Assembly: GCA_965649765.1 (NCBI GenBank)
Contig: OZ287752.1
Span: 17,360,001 to 17,424,000, forward strand
Direction of reading: 5' to 3'
Origin: Bispira polyomma
Lineage: Eukaryota
DNA length: 64,000 nt
In this document: positions 46,501 through 59,774 of the stretch, in pieces
Numbering within the stretch: the first letter of the stretch is position 1
How the letters are laid out: each line of letters begins with the position of its first letter
Program-made: the position numbers and the translations under genes
The notes under the pieces: generated by a model
Told to the model about the DNA's origin: nothing
Database searches by the model: none
Seen by the model: the letters and a program-made list of their open reading frames with translations, nothing else

Positions 46501-49500
46501 AACAAATGGTTCAACAACAAGTATTGCCTTTGTGTGGCAGGTCTAATTTCCAATTTAGTATGCTCCAAGGCGGCATTTAGAGGACCCTGCATCTTCTGCG
46601 AGATACCTATAAATACATATTACATTTGTCCAATATCTATATAGCAGTAAACTTTCCTGCTGAACCTTTGTGATCACACAACCACTAAAATCTTTCCATA
46701 CTTGGTCATCAGACGACCTGGATAATATATTTGCCACAACATTTTCTACCCCTTTTATATGTATATCCTTTAAAATAATATTATATTTGAGAACAATAAA
46801 CCAAATGTATCTCAGACATAGAGCCATAAACATGTCTCGAGTCTTGCCTGTACTAATTACACTGACTGCCGCCATGTTGTCACACCTGACCGTAATATTG
46901 GAATCTCGCCACTGAGGCCCCCACACCCTCAGGGCCACCAATAGATTGTACATCTCATACTATGAAATTGACTGAATCATTGAGACCTCGCGGAAGATCT
47001 ACTTAATATACCTGCTCTCGCCAAATTGCCCTCATTCTCGTAAGAGTAGCATCTACAAACACCTGTTCTCACTGGTCTTTCTAGAGAAATATACCTTCCC
47101 GTTAAATTAGTCTAGGAGGTTCACAAACCAAGCTACATCGCCCTAAAAATCTGGCCCTACAGTAAGACATTGTTTGAATGCGTTTTCTTATGAAACACCC
47201 AATAGCCTATTGAGGAAAACCGTTGCCCCCGGCACACAACCGGAGATAGAATAGTTTCCCCAACATCGATTCCAGTTCTCGTTTTGTAATGGTATCTCTA
47301 AGAAGATTAACTTTACACTCGCTAACAATACTTACTCGTTTCTCAGGGGTCAGGCTAAAGGTGGACTCTGTAATATCAACAACAATGCCCATAATAGTGA
47401 CTTTTGTCGCTAGAGGAGAGAGACCTTCTTGGGATTAATGGGCGAGCCTAACTTGTGGATGACTAACATTAATGTCTCAAAAGCTCCCTTAGCCTTATCT
47501 CTGTGACAACATAAGTAAATGTCATCTATATAGTTGTTCACATGATAACCTTTCCTAGCCATAATATATCTTATAAAATCCGAAATGTGCTGGAAAATGG
47601 CTGTGCTCTGGACTGACCCAAAGGCCAAACTTTGATCCCAGTAATACTTCCCTCCCCACCTTATCCCTCAGTGTACTGCATCACCCAGATCTATGGAAAT
47701 ATTCCGGAATGCCTGGGAAATGTCAATTTTTACCAATCTCCATTCCTGCCCTAATCTCGTGAGATCTGGTATCAAGGAATCCAAATTTGGAAGTACTAAC
47801 TTAAACGGCAACTTGTCATACGTTTCTTTGATAGTGGCCCTATTCACTGTAAGAAAGGTCAAGCACACCCACCTGTCTACTGTGTCATTTTCCCGAGTCA
47901 TTGAAGGTGACCTGGTGAAAGATGGGTGGGGAATAGATTTAAAAGTGCCCAATTTCAGTGTCTAAATACTTTTCAATAGCTTCTGGGTAGGCCCGAGCTG
48001 AGTGATATTTATCCACCACTGGGGTGACAATACTACATGTTGGGTTGACACCCAGAGACAAGCCAAAAAGGACATAGTCCAAAAGTTTTTGATCATGATA
48101 ACCTTTTCATATTTTTAGTCCAATAAGGTATACTAAGACATGAAGCTAGGAAAAAACCTACAGGCTTGATAATTATAAACTGCTGATTCTTTAATCTGAG
48201 ATACCATGTAAGTGTACTCTTCTACCTTAGACATGTCCAATTCTGGCCCCTGTGGGGCTTGACTACAACTGGTATTACCAGCCACAAAACCCATAGTTCT
48301 GTCATGTGGTACTCCACACTGATTCTTAATATAAATTTCAATTACTATCAAACACTAGAGTCTACTACTAGAGTAGAGTCTTTTACTTGACTATAATTTT
48401 CTGTAACTGCAGTCCGCAAAAAGTGGCAGACCCACAAAACTTTACAGTCTTGTACATTGTTATGTGGCCCACGACCGTGGTTTACATTCAAAAGATGCCA
48501 AAGAGTGGTATAGTGCCTTCTTAACCCCTCCCACGAGATGCACAAGTTTGGCTCACCACCAATAGTTTGTACATGAGAACATGTGCCTCGAAAACAGCAG
48601 CCAGTGTGATCCTCTTCCGTCAAACTTTTTGTCTTATGGCATTCTGCCTGTGTATGATAATTATTATGCTTCAGTTTTCGAAAACAGTACATACAAACAT
48701 GCCTAAACAAGGTGGTTGTTGCTGTATTCAGGTGGTCCTGTTGATGAGAACAAGTTCCTTCATTGTACCACCTGCATGCGACTTTTTTTGGTTTCGATTC
48801 AGTGAAAGCTTCTGCTGCAGAAGCTGTTTTATTCGAGATGGTAGTAGCGCCACTAAACACAGCTGATTGCAAATACACCATCCTGTTTTCGCCAAGTTTC
48901 CTCATATCTGTCTTAAATTCCTCCCCTTGAGTTGATGCATAGATACAGCATAAGCGCCTCTGGCTATCAGCCAAGACAAGTTTTCTGACAATTTAATTAT
49001 CTCAGACAGTTCTTTCATCATAGCACGTGAAGTCTCGTTATCCTCTGTCTTTAGCCCATTCCCGAAACAACCGATTACAATATACGCAAAGGATAAGTCA
49101 TCATAGGTGAATCGTTTTTGTGATGGACCTATAAGACAATTTTCATTCGGCCAGCGTTGACTGGCTACAAGATTATCGCGCGCTCTTCTTGTGTTTATTA
49201 CCTTGTGATAATTCATCCTTGACCCGGGCCTATAGCGCTGCCATTTTCTGATCAATCAGCAACTGTACTAGTGGATTGCTTCTGAGTGATTCCAAAGTCA
49301 TGTCCTGGAGTGAAGTCTGGCTGATAGCTGTTGCCTGTGTTTCTGTGTGTATCTCTGCAGGTGTTTTCTGTTGCTGCCCTAAATTCACCAGGTTTCCGTA
49401 CTGGTCCATCATAGAAAACAGTGTATTGGAGTTTAAATCTCTCACCAACGAGCTATGCTGAGGTGTCTTCATCCCCATGAGTAGTGACACGTCTTGTTGC

Positions 49501-50290
49501 ACAGTTTGTAATTCTGCTAAAAGTTGGCAGTCTGTTGACAAGGCCTCTGTATGCCCTGTATCCAGGTAAAATCATGGACTGGTGTCAGTTGGGGTGAGTA
49601 TGTATACTCTGGTAAACTCGTTACCCCTCCTGTCATCTGTGCAGTAGAGTGAGCCAAGAGAAGTCAAGACGAGATCCCCCAGCATCCAGGTCTCATGTTG
49701 GTTTAGGTTTCTTGGCCCTTCCTGGGGTGGCTTTCTTCACCCGTGTATCCTTAAAGAACACTGTAGTGTCCTTGAATGGGTGTGTGACTCTCCCCGATTC
49801 CGAGACTTCCTTCATTGCGAGAGGCAACCTCTGGGGCTCCAAAAATAAAGGCTCATCAGTTCCCTCACACATGATCTCATCTCCGAGATCTCCCATGTCA
49901 GTGGCATGTGCGTGTTTTCTAGGGCACGGTTTCTCTTTATCTGTGAAGCCCGCCATCTTAGACTCTATGCTTTCGAGCTTCTGTCTAAAAGTCTGCATGG
50001 TCTCTAACATAGTCTCAAATAAAATATCTTTTTGTTTCATTGATAAGTCCTCACTACTACCCCCAACACTTCTTGATGTCCAAGCTCCGTCCTGTCAACT
50101 TCCTTGCCTGCAGAGTGAGCTCGCCTATTACATTTTGAATTAACTGGCCTTTCATGGTTAGTCTCCCACTTTTTGCAAAAAGCAACATGTTTAGTCGTTA
50201 GAGTATTGGAACTAGAGGCAGTCGACATACTAGCCAATAATTAAAAAGAATAAAAACAAAGAAACCTTTAAAACACTTTCGGTAAAAATA
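46500..50290 (-). mobile_element. Degenerate DIRS retrotransposon #3 (gag ~48500-50237, RT/RNase H ~46620-48350, start of YR only)
   Basis: RWPNENC..YDDL, CRWYNEGTC..HVCMYC, KIDISQAFR, NYIDD, CDNMAAV. Confidence 0.9.
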
Positions 50291-50299
50291 ATTGTTCAT

Positions 50300-51650
50300 T
50301 TGAATGTTTTGGAGTCGAAACTGACTAGTAGGTGGTCGTGCATAGGTTTATATATGGCAATTTCGGACGCAAGAGGGGAAAAGTTCATTACCAAATGGGG
50401 TGATAAGAGTATAAATATTGGTAGAAAGGTTTTGTGACTGAAGACAATATCTTCGCCCAGGGTTATTGTACCCAATTTGACACAGAACCCCTCTTTTATT
50501 TTAGTGCTGTATTCTTTTGGAAAATCACCTTGGGTGCAAAATTTGTGGTTTGGGGGGTGGATACCCACTAGCTGTGTTAACACTGTGGGTTCTGTGTATG
50601 CAGGTAGTACTAGTCTTTCCCTAAGTCTCAGTTGGCTATCAACTGTTACATAAACGTCTTTATTAACATAGCATATATGCACTTTTGCTTGTTTTAAGAA
50701 GGCCTTGTTTGGTTTGTTTCTATACTGAAGGCTAGCATTGTAGTTTAAGAAGGCAGTGACTGGTGGCTAAAAGAATCTCCTATGAATTTTACTGACGTGC
50801 CTTGATTTCATGGCATTTTTGCTGTCTTGTCTATAATACCTATGACTGTTTTGTCGATGGTGGAAAGAGCTCATACTGGTCCGTACACCCTGTTGATTTA
50901 CCTTTCATTGCTCGCCAAGATAACGACTAGGTGTGTAAGACCTATCACTTACAAATTCTGCCTATAGTATGGAAATATGTATCTCACATTCCAAGCAGTG
51001 CCCTGGGGTCTATTGTCATTTCTGGATGTCTGGGGATAGTATTGGTATTGAAATGACTGGAAGGTTCTGGGCTCAAATCTACTAGGTGAGGCCCTGGGAT
51101 CAAATCTACTAGGTAAGGACCTGGGTTTGTGTGGGCACTCTGGTCCAGCCTAACTGGGTGGGTGTCTAGATCTGCATTCATTACTAAAATGGTCATTCTT
51201 GCCACAATTAAACACTTATAGCCCTGTCTTAAGAGGTTTTGGCTTTGGAGGGGGTAACTACTGGATTCATCTCTAAAAACACAGTTACTGGCTACATGGT
51301 CCACATTACCACACGCATAACATGTAAAACTAGAAAAGTCTGTAACAATTTAAGGCTTACCTCAGCTGCTTGTGATGTGCTAGCTGTTTCTTGTGACGTC
51401 TTTGGGTGGTTTATTTGTTGTTGCAATCGTACAATGGTATCTGTAAATGCGTCGGAAGTGAGTCTTTCACCATGGCCAGCTCTGCATTCTGCAGAAGGGT
51501 AACTAGTTCTATGGCAGCCCTTCTTGGCATATTTTTTGCACAATTGTTCAAGGTATATAAGAACCCTGGCTACTCCTGTCTTAACTGTTTTCTGTTTGCT
51601 CTCTCTCCCTACACAGCTATAGAACTCAGTTACTATAGTGACCTGTCAGA
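50300..51650 (-). mobile_element. Degenerate gag-like remnant with two CCHC zinc knuckles, probably an LTR retrotransposon
   Basis: CYACGNVDHVASNC (51281-51322) and a frameshifted C(F)NCGKNDHFSNEC (~51174-51213); extent approximate. Confidence 0.55.
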
Positions 51651-52179
51651 GTAGTGACGTTGGGCTAGAATTAATGACATTTGAGTGATTGGGTCAGATG
51701 GCCCTACTGTAAACAGTGTAACTGTGGCTTTAGCAGTCAGTGCAGAGTATACACATAGCATGGATATTCAGTGGTAGAAATTTTATCCTTTACTGTATAA
51801 GCATAGCTGAGACACTTGTGTACCAACAAGTAACCAATCAGCTAGCACATAAATAGCCAATAGAGCAATCCTGTATAGGGACGGTTTGTCGCCTTTCTTT
51901 GTACAAGCAACAAACTATTTGGATGGCAAGGGAGAAACACTTTTACTTTTAAAATTTCTTACAAACTAGAAGCCATCTTGGAAAATATATGCAAAACATC
52001 AATTTTAGAGAATTGGTTTTAGGATTTTAGTTTATTTACATGGATGTTTGTATATTTTGTTTTTATTTATGTGCAATTATTAAAGAATATTGTGGAGTGA
52101 AAATATCACATTTAGTATATATTACAGAGTGAAATATTTTCTCGGAAAATTGGGAAAGATAATAAAACGATTTCACTAG

Positions 52180-54300
52180 GAGTTGCTGTCGCGTGTTCTA
52201 GATGTAGGATTTCACACAAAAGACCAGTGGGCAGCAGGTGTAATAGACAGATCACAATAGCAGAATCACAGTCAGATTCAGAAACAGAGTCCATAACTTT
52301 AACACAAGGAGCCGTGAGTACTGATTATATATATTAAGGCCTTTTTAAGCGGCAACAAGTCATAATGGAGTCCTTTGTAAAGTCTGTGACCAAACTAGAG
52401 AAAGATGTGGCCAAGATCAATAATCCTGACACAGGTAAACGCCATTCTTGCATATCACATAATGACAACCCAACATCCAACCACGGTTCTCTCGCGCAGA
52501 GAAAGTGATGACATAACCAACCACATTGTCCAGATCCAGATAAGATACACATATACCTGAACAGCCTCTCGATTTAACACCTCAGGCTTCCTCGACTCAG
52601 GGGCTAACGGTTCCACAACCAACACTGGGTGTTAACTCACTAGGAGGACTGGCTACCAGACAGGCGCAGCCATATCAACCTCGGGCAACCCAAGGACTGC
52701 TTCTTTCACAACACACATTGGGCACTACTTCACTAAGAGGAATACCTACAGGACAAGCACAGTCGTATCAGCCTCTACAGAGCAACGTCGCTGGTACCAA
52801 GTCGACCAGATTACTGTAACTCACTACTATATGGAATTGGAAAGGGCCAAATAAACAAACTTCAGATAATTCAAAATAACCTGTACAGAATAGTAAGCCA
52901 TGCTGGCCCTCGCACTCACACTACTCCCCTGCTGAAACAATTACATTGGTTACCTATTGAGTTTCGTATTAAATTTAAGGTAATTGTCCTCATTTTTAAG
53001 ACAGTCCATGTACATCAACCTGTCTACTTATCATCTATGCTGTCTCTTAGCAATCTCACCAGAGGCAATCATCTCTCCACCTCTGGTTTCCTACCAAAAA
53101 ACCAGCTGGTTCAAAATCTTTCTTAGTTGCAGCACCTGTTGAGTGGAATGGTCTCCCTACCAGTCTTCGGTAGACAAGCATCATAGGTGTCAGAAAAAGG
53201 CTCAAAACACATCTGTATCATCTCGCTTTTCCACCCTAGCTTGCGTCCGATGGTCACGACTAATTCTCTGATCACGAACCTTTTTCCACCTACTGGACTA
53301 TGCTCTTGCATACTTACTAGGATATGCGCCACAGAGGATGCCTGGTCATCGATTGTGGCGGTATAGAAATAAAAACATAAACATTAACGGTGGCCTAACG
53401 AGAGCTGTGTTACAGGCATTCACAAAAAGCGCATTCTCTATGATGACCTTAGTGTGTCCCAGTTCACTGCAGGGCAAATCCAAAATATTTTAGAGACAAC
53501 TAATTCTACCCATTCACGAGCAATGCTACATCAACTTGAAGACACACTTAAAGACGTGGCAAACATATCATGGCAAGTAGCTAGAGGGGCTTATGCCCAG
53601 AACATGCATGACATAGAAGAGGGGTGCCTTTCATGAACGGACGAGAATGGATGGAGTATGAATTGCTTATCATAATCACAAGCTCTGATAGCACACCCTA
53701 TGTCGTCCTCTTCATCTTCAAATACAGATTCGAACAAAGAAGAAGCCAGTGTCAACATAAAGGGGATCATGAAAATCCAACAAAAGGTCGAATCCACATC
53801 CAGAAGCTCGCTGCTTCCAACTTCCTGGGAAACCATCCACCACCACAAATACACAACAATAGGGGTGTGCTCTGCCAACGGAAGCTAGTGCTAATGCTGT
53901 AAATAATTTCAAAATGTGTAATCAAAAGTGTAACAGTAACACTGTTAAGAACTTACATGAGTACATAGTGCAAAACGAGAAGTGTAATAATAATAACGCA
54001 AAAAGCTTTGTTGAGTGCATTTTGGAGATAAAGGAACAATAATTTACAGACAAGTAATGATACTAGTCAGAATAGTAGCGTTAATGAAGTGAACCATTCA
54101 GAGTATACCAGAGAAAGGGATTAAAGTAGTAGTGCATATAGTGATAATTATGTTACTAGTAATGAAAAGAACAGTGATATCTATATGAATCAGGATGAAA
54201 GTGACAATGGAACTATCAACAAGACAATCTGTAATAGTCTGGGTCCCAATGATTTGTATGCATATAATGTACATAATCATGCATATTTATTTACAATTTC
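52180..54300 (+). mobile_element. DIRS #4 remnant (gag and start of pol region only)
   Basis: VACSRCRISHKRPVGSRC, like CKKWETNHERPVNSKC of #3; RWPNESC..LYDDLSVSQF..SWQVARGAYAQNMHDIEEG. Confidence 0.8.
52800..53385 (+). mobile_element. L2/CR1-type LINE 3' fragment inserted in the DIRS #4 gag
   Basis: DYCNSLLYGI..LQIIQN..HTTPLLKQLHWLPIEFRIKFK..LKTHLY; A-rich tail. Confidence 0.9.
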
Positions 54301-54871
54301 ACAGGTATATTTTAAAACATTTTTAAAATTTAAAGCATGCCAACATATATATTCTGGCACAGAAGAAAGTCAACTGACTTTAGATAAAAAGTTGGGTTAA
54401 AAACCCAAATTACATTTATACCACAAAGTATTATGCATACTGATTTTCCCAGAAAATGGGGGGGGTGGGTTGGGAAGAAATTAAGTACGTTTTTCCTTTG
54501 CCATCCAAATAGTTTGTGGCTTGTACAAAGAAAGGGCGGCAAACCGTCCCTATACAGGATGTATATGTACACAGTAACTACATAAAAGCCCAAGGGATAG
54601 TGTTCCAGAATTAACATACATACATTATAACTTCCATACGCAATTGGTGTCCCAAGGGGATTACACCATAACTGAACCTTTCAGACCAAGCTGACAAGCC
54701 TGGATGATATTAAAATGAGTAATAAAATACAGGTTCTTTTTTTAAGCAACAAGTACATGTGCATAGCACCTAAATAAAACATTGTTACCATTTCTATTTC
54801 AAAGTAACCATTACAAGGTCGCCTGTCTCACATAACATAAACAATACAAACATCGCAAATAGAAACACCAC

Positions 54872-55005
54872 AAACCATGTGACCCATGTTATGTTACGTC
54901 ACCAATATAAACACAATCAACCATGTCACCCACGTCACATTACATCACCAATATAAACACAATGAACCGAGTGACCCACGTCATGTTAAATAATGACTAT
55001 AAACA
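54872..55005 (+). repeat. Minisatellite, ~46-bp unit x3
   Basis: aaccatgtgaccca.gt.a..ttac.tcaccaatataaacacaat. Confidence 0.8.
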
Positions 55006-55339
55006 AAAAACCAGGTGACCGAAGTGAGGTTTTAACATTATAGCAAGCAACATTTTTCTACTGCTAAAATAGGTTATATAACAATAAGGTAAAAAGAGGT
55101 ATTTAAAAACTTAGGTTAACATGGCCACACCCGTTGGTGGGCTTTATATCTCCATATATTACACTACCTCATTAACATACATGTAAACATTGCTATATTC
55201 TTATCTTGTCTCTCACCACTTGTATCACTAAATACCATTTACTATTATATACCAGACAATCATGTATAACCACCCCTTCCTCCTAATTTAAAAAAAAAAC
55301 AGCTGGAATCAGGTAATCATTTTAATTTTTCATGCTAAA

Positions 55340-55442
55340 ATAGGGATAACGCATTCCAAAGCATGGTGTACGGTAATTTTTACTACTGCTCCAATCATGG
55401 TAAAAATTACCATGAATCATGCTTTGTCATGTGTTATCTCTT
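55340..55442. repeat. Imperfect palindrome (fold-back MITE-like)
   Basis: gataac..caaagcatg..ggtaattttta / taaaaattacc..catgctttg..gttatc. Confidence 0.7.
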
Positions 55443-55695
55443 TGTCAGCACATAAGAAGATCTTTGTGACCTAGGCTATTCAGTCAGTATATATAAATTG
55501 GTATACATGTTGGTTTGCGTGGCCAGGAGGGGGGGGGGGGGAAGCCTACATTGGAGAAGAAGCTGTGATACATGGACAAGACTATGCTGGCTGACACTGC
55601 ACAGACATTCCACACAAACCAACCTAGTTCAAAGTCACTGTTGTGTTTATATAATAGGCCAGTGTTTTTTATTGTCAAAGTCAGTTAACGTATCT

Positions 55696-56183
55696 TTAAC
55701 ATATATGGACATAGATAGTTGGCTTCTTTTGTACTAAACTAGTATGCTATTTTTACCACAATCATTAACATATATGGACATTGATACTTGGCCTCTTTTG
55801 GAGGGGACGTGGTGGCCTAGTGGTCATAAGCGTCAGCTTTAAAATCACTGGCTTCTCAACTCTGCAGATCAAATGGTCACAAGTTCGCCTCCCATCGATG
55901 TCTATGTTGAAAAGGTGGTAGTTTCTTACTGTAAGCCACTGGTTTCAGTGCAGAACCTTGATCAACTGTATGCAATCTTTCCTCCACAGTCCTAACTATT
56001 CGTCTCAATTTATAACCAAACTAAAGGTACTAGAGTGGATGTTAAAAATCCAAATTCAAACTTGGTCTCTTTTGAACTAAACTAGAGTGCTATTGTTACC
56101 ACAATTAACTTATCATTAACATATATGGACATCGATACTTGACCTCTTTTGTACTAAACTAACATGCTATCGTTACCACAATT
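55696..56183 (+). repeat. ~70-bp tandem repeat x3, interrupted by a SINE
   Basis: ttaacatatatggacat.gata.ttg.c.tcttttgtactaaacta..atgctat..ttaccacaat. Confidence 0.85.
55803..56060 (+). mobile_element. Full-length tRNA-derived SINE with a ~15-bp TSD
   Basis: A box tggcctagtgg, B box-like gttcgcctccc; flanks acttggcctcttttg / acttggtctcttttg. Confidence 0.9.
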
Positions 56184-57409
56184 ATGTATTAATAAAACAA
56201 GCTTTCTTTTTTATCAACTTTAAAATTAAAACAAATTATTATTAATAACGTACACTGGGGAGCTTAGCCTTAGTCAAGTGTTCACAATGATTGAATTAAA
56301 ACTTGGCTTCTTCAATAAAAATATTGATTAATGTTAAAGATCACCACCAGGTTCTTCTAGGTTTAAAAGGTGTCATCTACGGTGTCAATGTCATCACCAG
56401 CTGGTTCTGGTGGTTAGTAGTTTGTAAATATTAAACCCCTTAGAGTGCATGGATTGCCAAGGCATGTTAATGTTTATGTCTATTTCTAGCACTGGGAATT
56501 TAATCAAGTTGAACTCTTTAGTTTTGACTGATGACACCTACTCCATGTGGTGAGTATTGTGCTCTGATACGTACACTTGCTTATGGGTGACTCCCACCTT
56601 ATAGTTTGGTGCTAAAATATACAGATTAACGTCTTTAAAATACTACGTGATATTGTGTGTTTTAGGTGACAAATTAAAAGCTGTATCTTGTCGTAGGAAG
56701 AGATTACAGTTTGTATACGTATTATACAGGTGTAACATGCCGAGCTACAAATTAAATAAATGCTGAAAAATGATAGATAACTTTATTCACAAAGATAACA
56801 GGATATCTAAGAAAAATATACAAAATATACAATTTAACCAGGAAGGCTGAGAATGACTGAAACAGGAAACACTATCACATAACAACATAACATACATCCT
56901 AAAACATTACACCTTCCCTGAAATTAGAACCTGACTGATATACTAAGCTAAAAGGCCTGGATCATACCTATAAATAACAGGTTTTATCCTTCATACTTAT
57001 ACTTATTTTTATGTTAGTATAATAATATCTATCAATATCAAACTACTACATCACATTAAATAGATAAAAGTGTTAACCACAGGTTTTACTCTGCATGTCA
57101 ACACACATATTAGAAACCTAAGTACAAATAATAACCATTTTGGGTTATACTCCTCAAACTATGGGTTTTACCCCACCTCATGTTGTTCATTCCAGATCAG
57201 CAAACACCTGAAGAGAGCATGGCCCTTATCTAGCTAAAGTCCAAGACCCACCAAACAGGGGCAGAACAACTTACCCAACAGAGCCTCCCATTGGATTAGT
57301 ATCTTTGCAACCTGCGGACTATATGTCCCTATTAATGAATCATGTACATACAAACGTTTTTTTTTTAATAAGTCAAATAAAATGGCTTCTAAAACATGCC
57401 ATCAATCAC

Positions 57410-57625
57410 CAATGATAACACACTCGCCTCCCCTCTCTGTCGTCCTGGGTTCAAATGTTGGCCCCATCCTTTAGTGATAATTTTGGCAGTTACCGATGCC
57501 CGGTGGTTTACAGTGCAGAATGTTGACCAACTAATATGTGCTGCTTCCCCTACCTGTAAAATTGCCTTTGATGAAATGACTGGTATAATGTGTGGAAAGC
57601 GACATTAAACTTAAATCTAATCAAA
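57410..57625 (+). mobile_element. tRNA-derived SINE, related family
   Basis: gggttcaaat B box; ggtggtttacagtgcagaatgttgaccaact core; gaaagcgacattaaac tail. Confidence 0.8.
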
Positions 57626-59482
57626 TTTTAACAACTTACATCTTACCAGTAAAACATATGTACAGATAGATATAATGTGTATAAAATGTACTTAAAGTAT
57701 TCTAAATGGGGGTCATTATAACACATTGTGACGTCACAATGACCAGCTAAATTGTGTAGCAAGTTATTGATGGGCTTATATGCAATATGTATCTGAGACC
57801 TCTATTCAAATGTTTTACATATAGCCAATCCACATAAGAAGTGATATGTTGTTGGTTGTAGTCCAGCAGATAGACACCTTTGGGATAATATATCAGCCCA
57901 GCATGATTTTGTATATAGGCTGTGAAAATGTAAACTTAGATTGCAGTAGAAGTCAGTTCAAATAATCTATTTCAAATTTCAATTTTAAATTCAAACCCAA
58001 ATGGCACTGTATTACACTGTTTAGGCTAAAAACATGGCTAGCCTTGTTTATGGCTCAAGTTTGTCATCAGTGATATCCATTTAATAATTAGATCTACTGT
58101 AAAATATTCACACATTTAAATTTTCTGGCGATTAAAATATATACAAGTTTTTCCTGCTTAAATTGAATGTAGACGTAAAATTGAAGTAGTTCTAATTATC
58201 TAATTAGACTTTCTGACATATTATAGCCACCCAAGTAAATAGACGGCAATCAAGTCTGAAAATATACTGAAGGGATGTCTCACAGACACATTTAATAAAA
58301 TACAATAGTGAAGATTAGTGTCCATTCAGTATTTAACTCTGTGGTGGGCACGGAGACACGGGGACCTACAATTTACAAGTGTTAGCATCATTATCACAGG
58401 TCTATTAGTTGATATTTGTTTGTTGATAAAGCTATTGGTGATCAGTAACGGAGTACTGAGGGCAAAAAAAAGCATTGCCTTCACGTGTCACTATCTGTCA
58501 CTGTCTCCCAAGGTGGAAACACACAAACAATCGAAATAACCCTTGCCTGAATAGAACGTGCCATTGGACTATACTTTGCCTTATACCCTGGTTCTACTAT
58601 GCCGATCATAACCCCCCCCCCCCCCCACACACACACACACACACCTTAACAATTATAAGTTTTGGGCCATTATCCTGGTCGATTTGCCCCACCAATGACT
58701 TATCTCTTGATGAAAAGACTTGACAAGACAGGTCAATCTCTTTATTTCAAACATAATAACCTCTGCGATTGAGTGTGTATCGGTCAAACAGCTGGCCCCC
58801 TCCAGAGTTATTTTTTCATTGTAATGGCTTATCTTTTGATGAAAAATCTTATCTTTTCTTTCCAACGCCTTATCTCTCTATTATATCAATCTTTATATGC
58901 AAATTTCACCTCCTTTTTAAAAAAAAATCATGGGGAAATGCCAAGGATTGGCCAGGATCATATAACCGGGACCCCTTGATTACAATCTTGATAATAGAAC
59001 AGCCCCATAAAATATCAGTTATTCAGCTTTGAAGGAAACATTTTTGAAGCAGAGTTTTGAAACGTAGCTTTATTTCACAAAGTAAGGTAGATGAGAGAGG
59101 AGTTCTGTGGATGAGCTTTGTGCCTTGGTATGATGGATGGAATCATGTGTGTCTGTCTCCCTGATAAGTCCCCAGTAGACTTGTTCTAACAAGAAGGGTA
59201 ATCTACTCCCCCAATTAGCATATTGTCATTCCCATTGAAATTAATGTAAAACAGGGTTTCAATCCGGAGTATTACACCAGGGTATGGGCTATTTTATGTA
59301 TATCCCTCACAAATACAACTCAAAAGGTTTAAAATAGTCCATGTTTATGGGGAGGATAGAATTTATTGCAACTTGGAGCATAAGAAGGCAAATGGTAACC
59401 TTAAAGAAGTTGTTTCATAAAAATTTAATTTGCAAATAATTCAACAAATTCAACATAAGAGGAAAATTAATGTGTAGTATAT

Positions 59483-59774
59483 CAGGGGAGTAGCCAGGAT
59501 TTTTCATCTGGTACTCACAAAATGTTCTTTTTTGTCCTACCAAAAATTCAATTCGTGGGGGGAGGGGGGGGGGGGGAGGGGAAGTAATATTTTGGTGTAA
59601 TTAGGGGGTACCAAAATTTTTTTATTTACAAACAGGAATCTATGTTACTACTGAAACAAACAAAGTAAAAGGAAGTTTAAATTTATTTTATTTTTTTTTT
59701 TCAAATTTTCTTTCTTTCTTGTCATTAAATTGGTACGCCTAGGCGCACTGGCGTTAATGGTAGCTACGCCCCTG
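59483..59774. mobile_element. Non-autonomous DNA transposon (hAT-like termini)
   Basis: caggggagtagc ... gctacgcccctg TIRs; no clean 8-bp TSD. Confidence 0.65.

Larger units (their letters stand above)
51870..54558. mobile_element. Non-autonomous DNA transposon with ~70-bp TIRs enclosing DIRS #4 and a LINE
   Basis: cctgtatagggacggtttg.cgcc.ttctttgtacaagc.acaaactatttggatggcaa at 51870-51938, inverted at 54489-54558; both flanked by AT. Confidence 0.8.
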
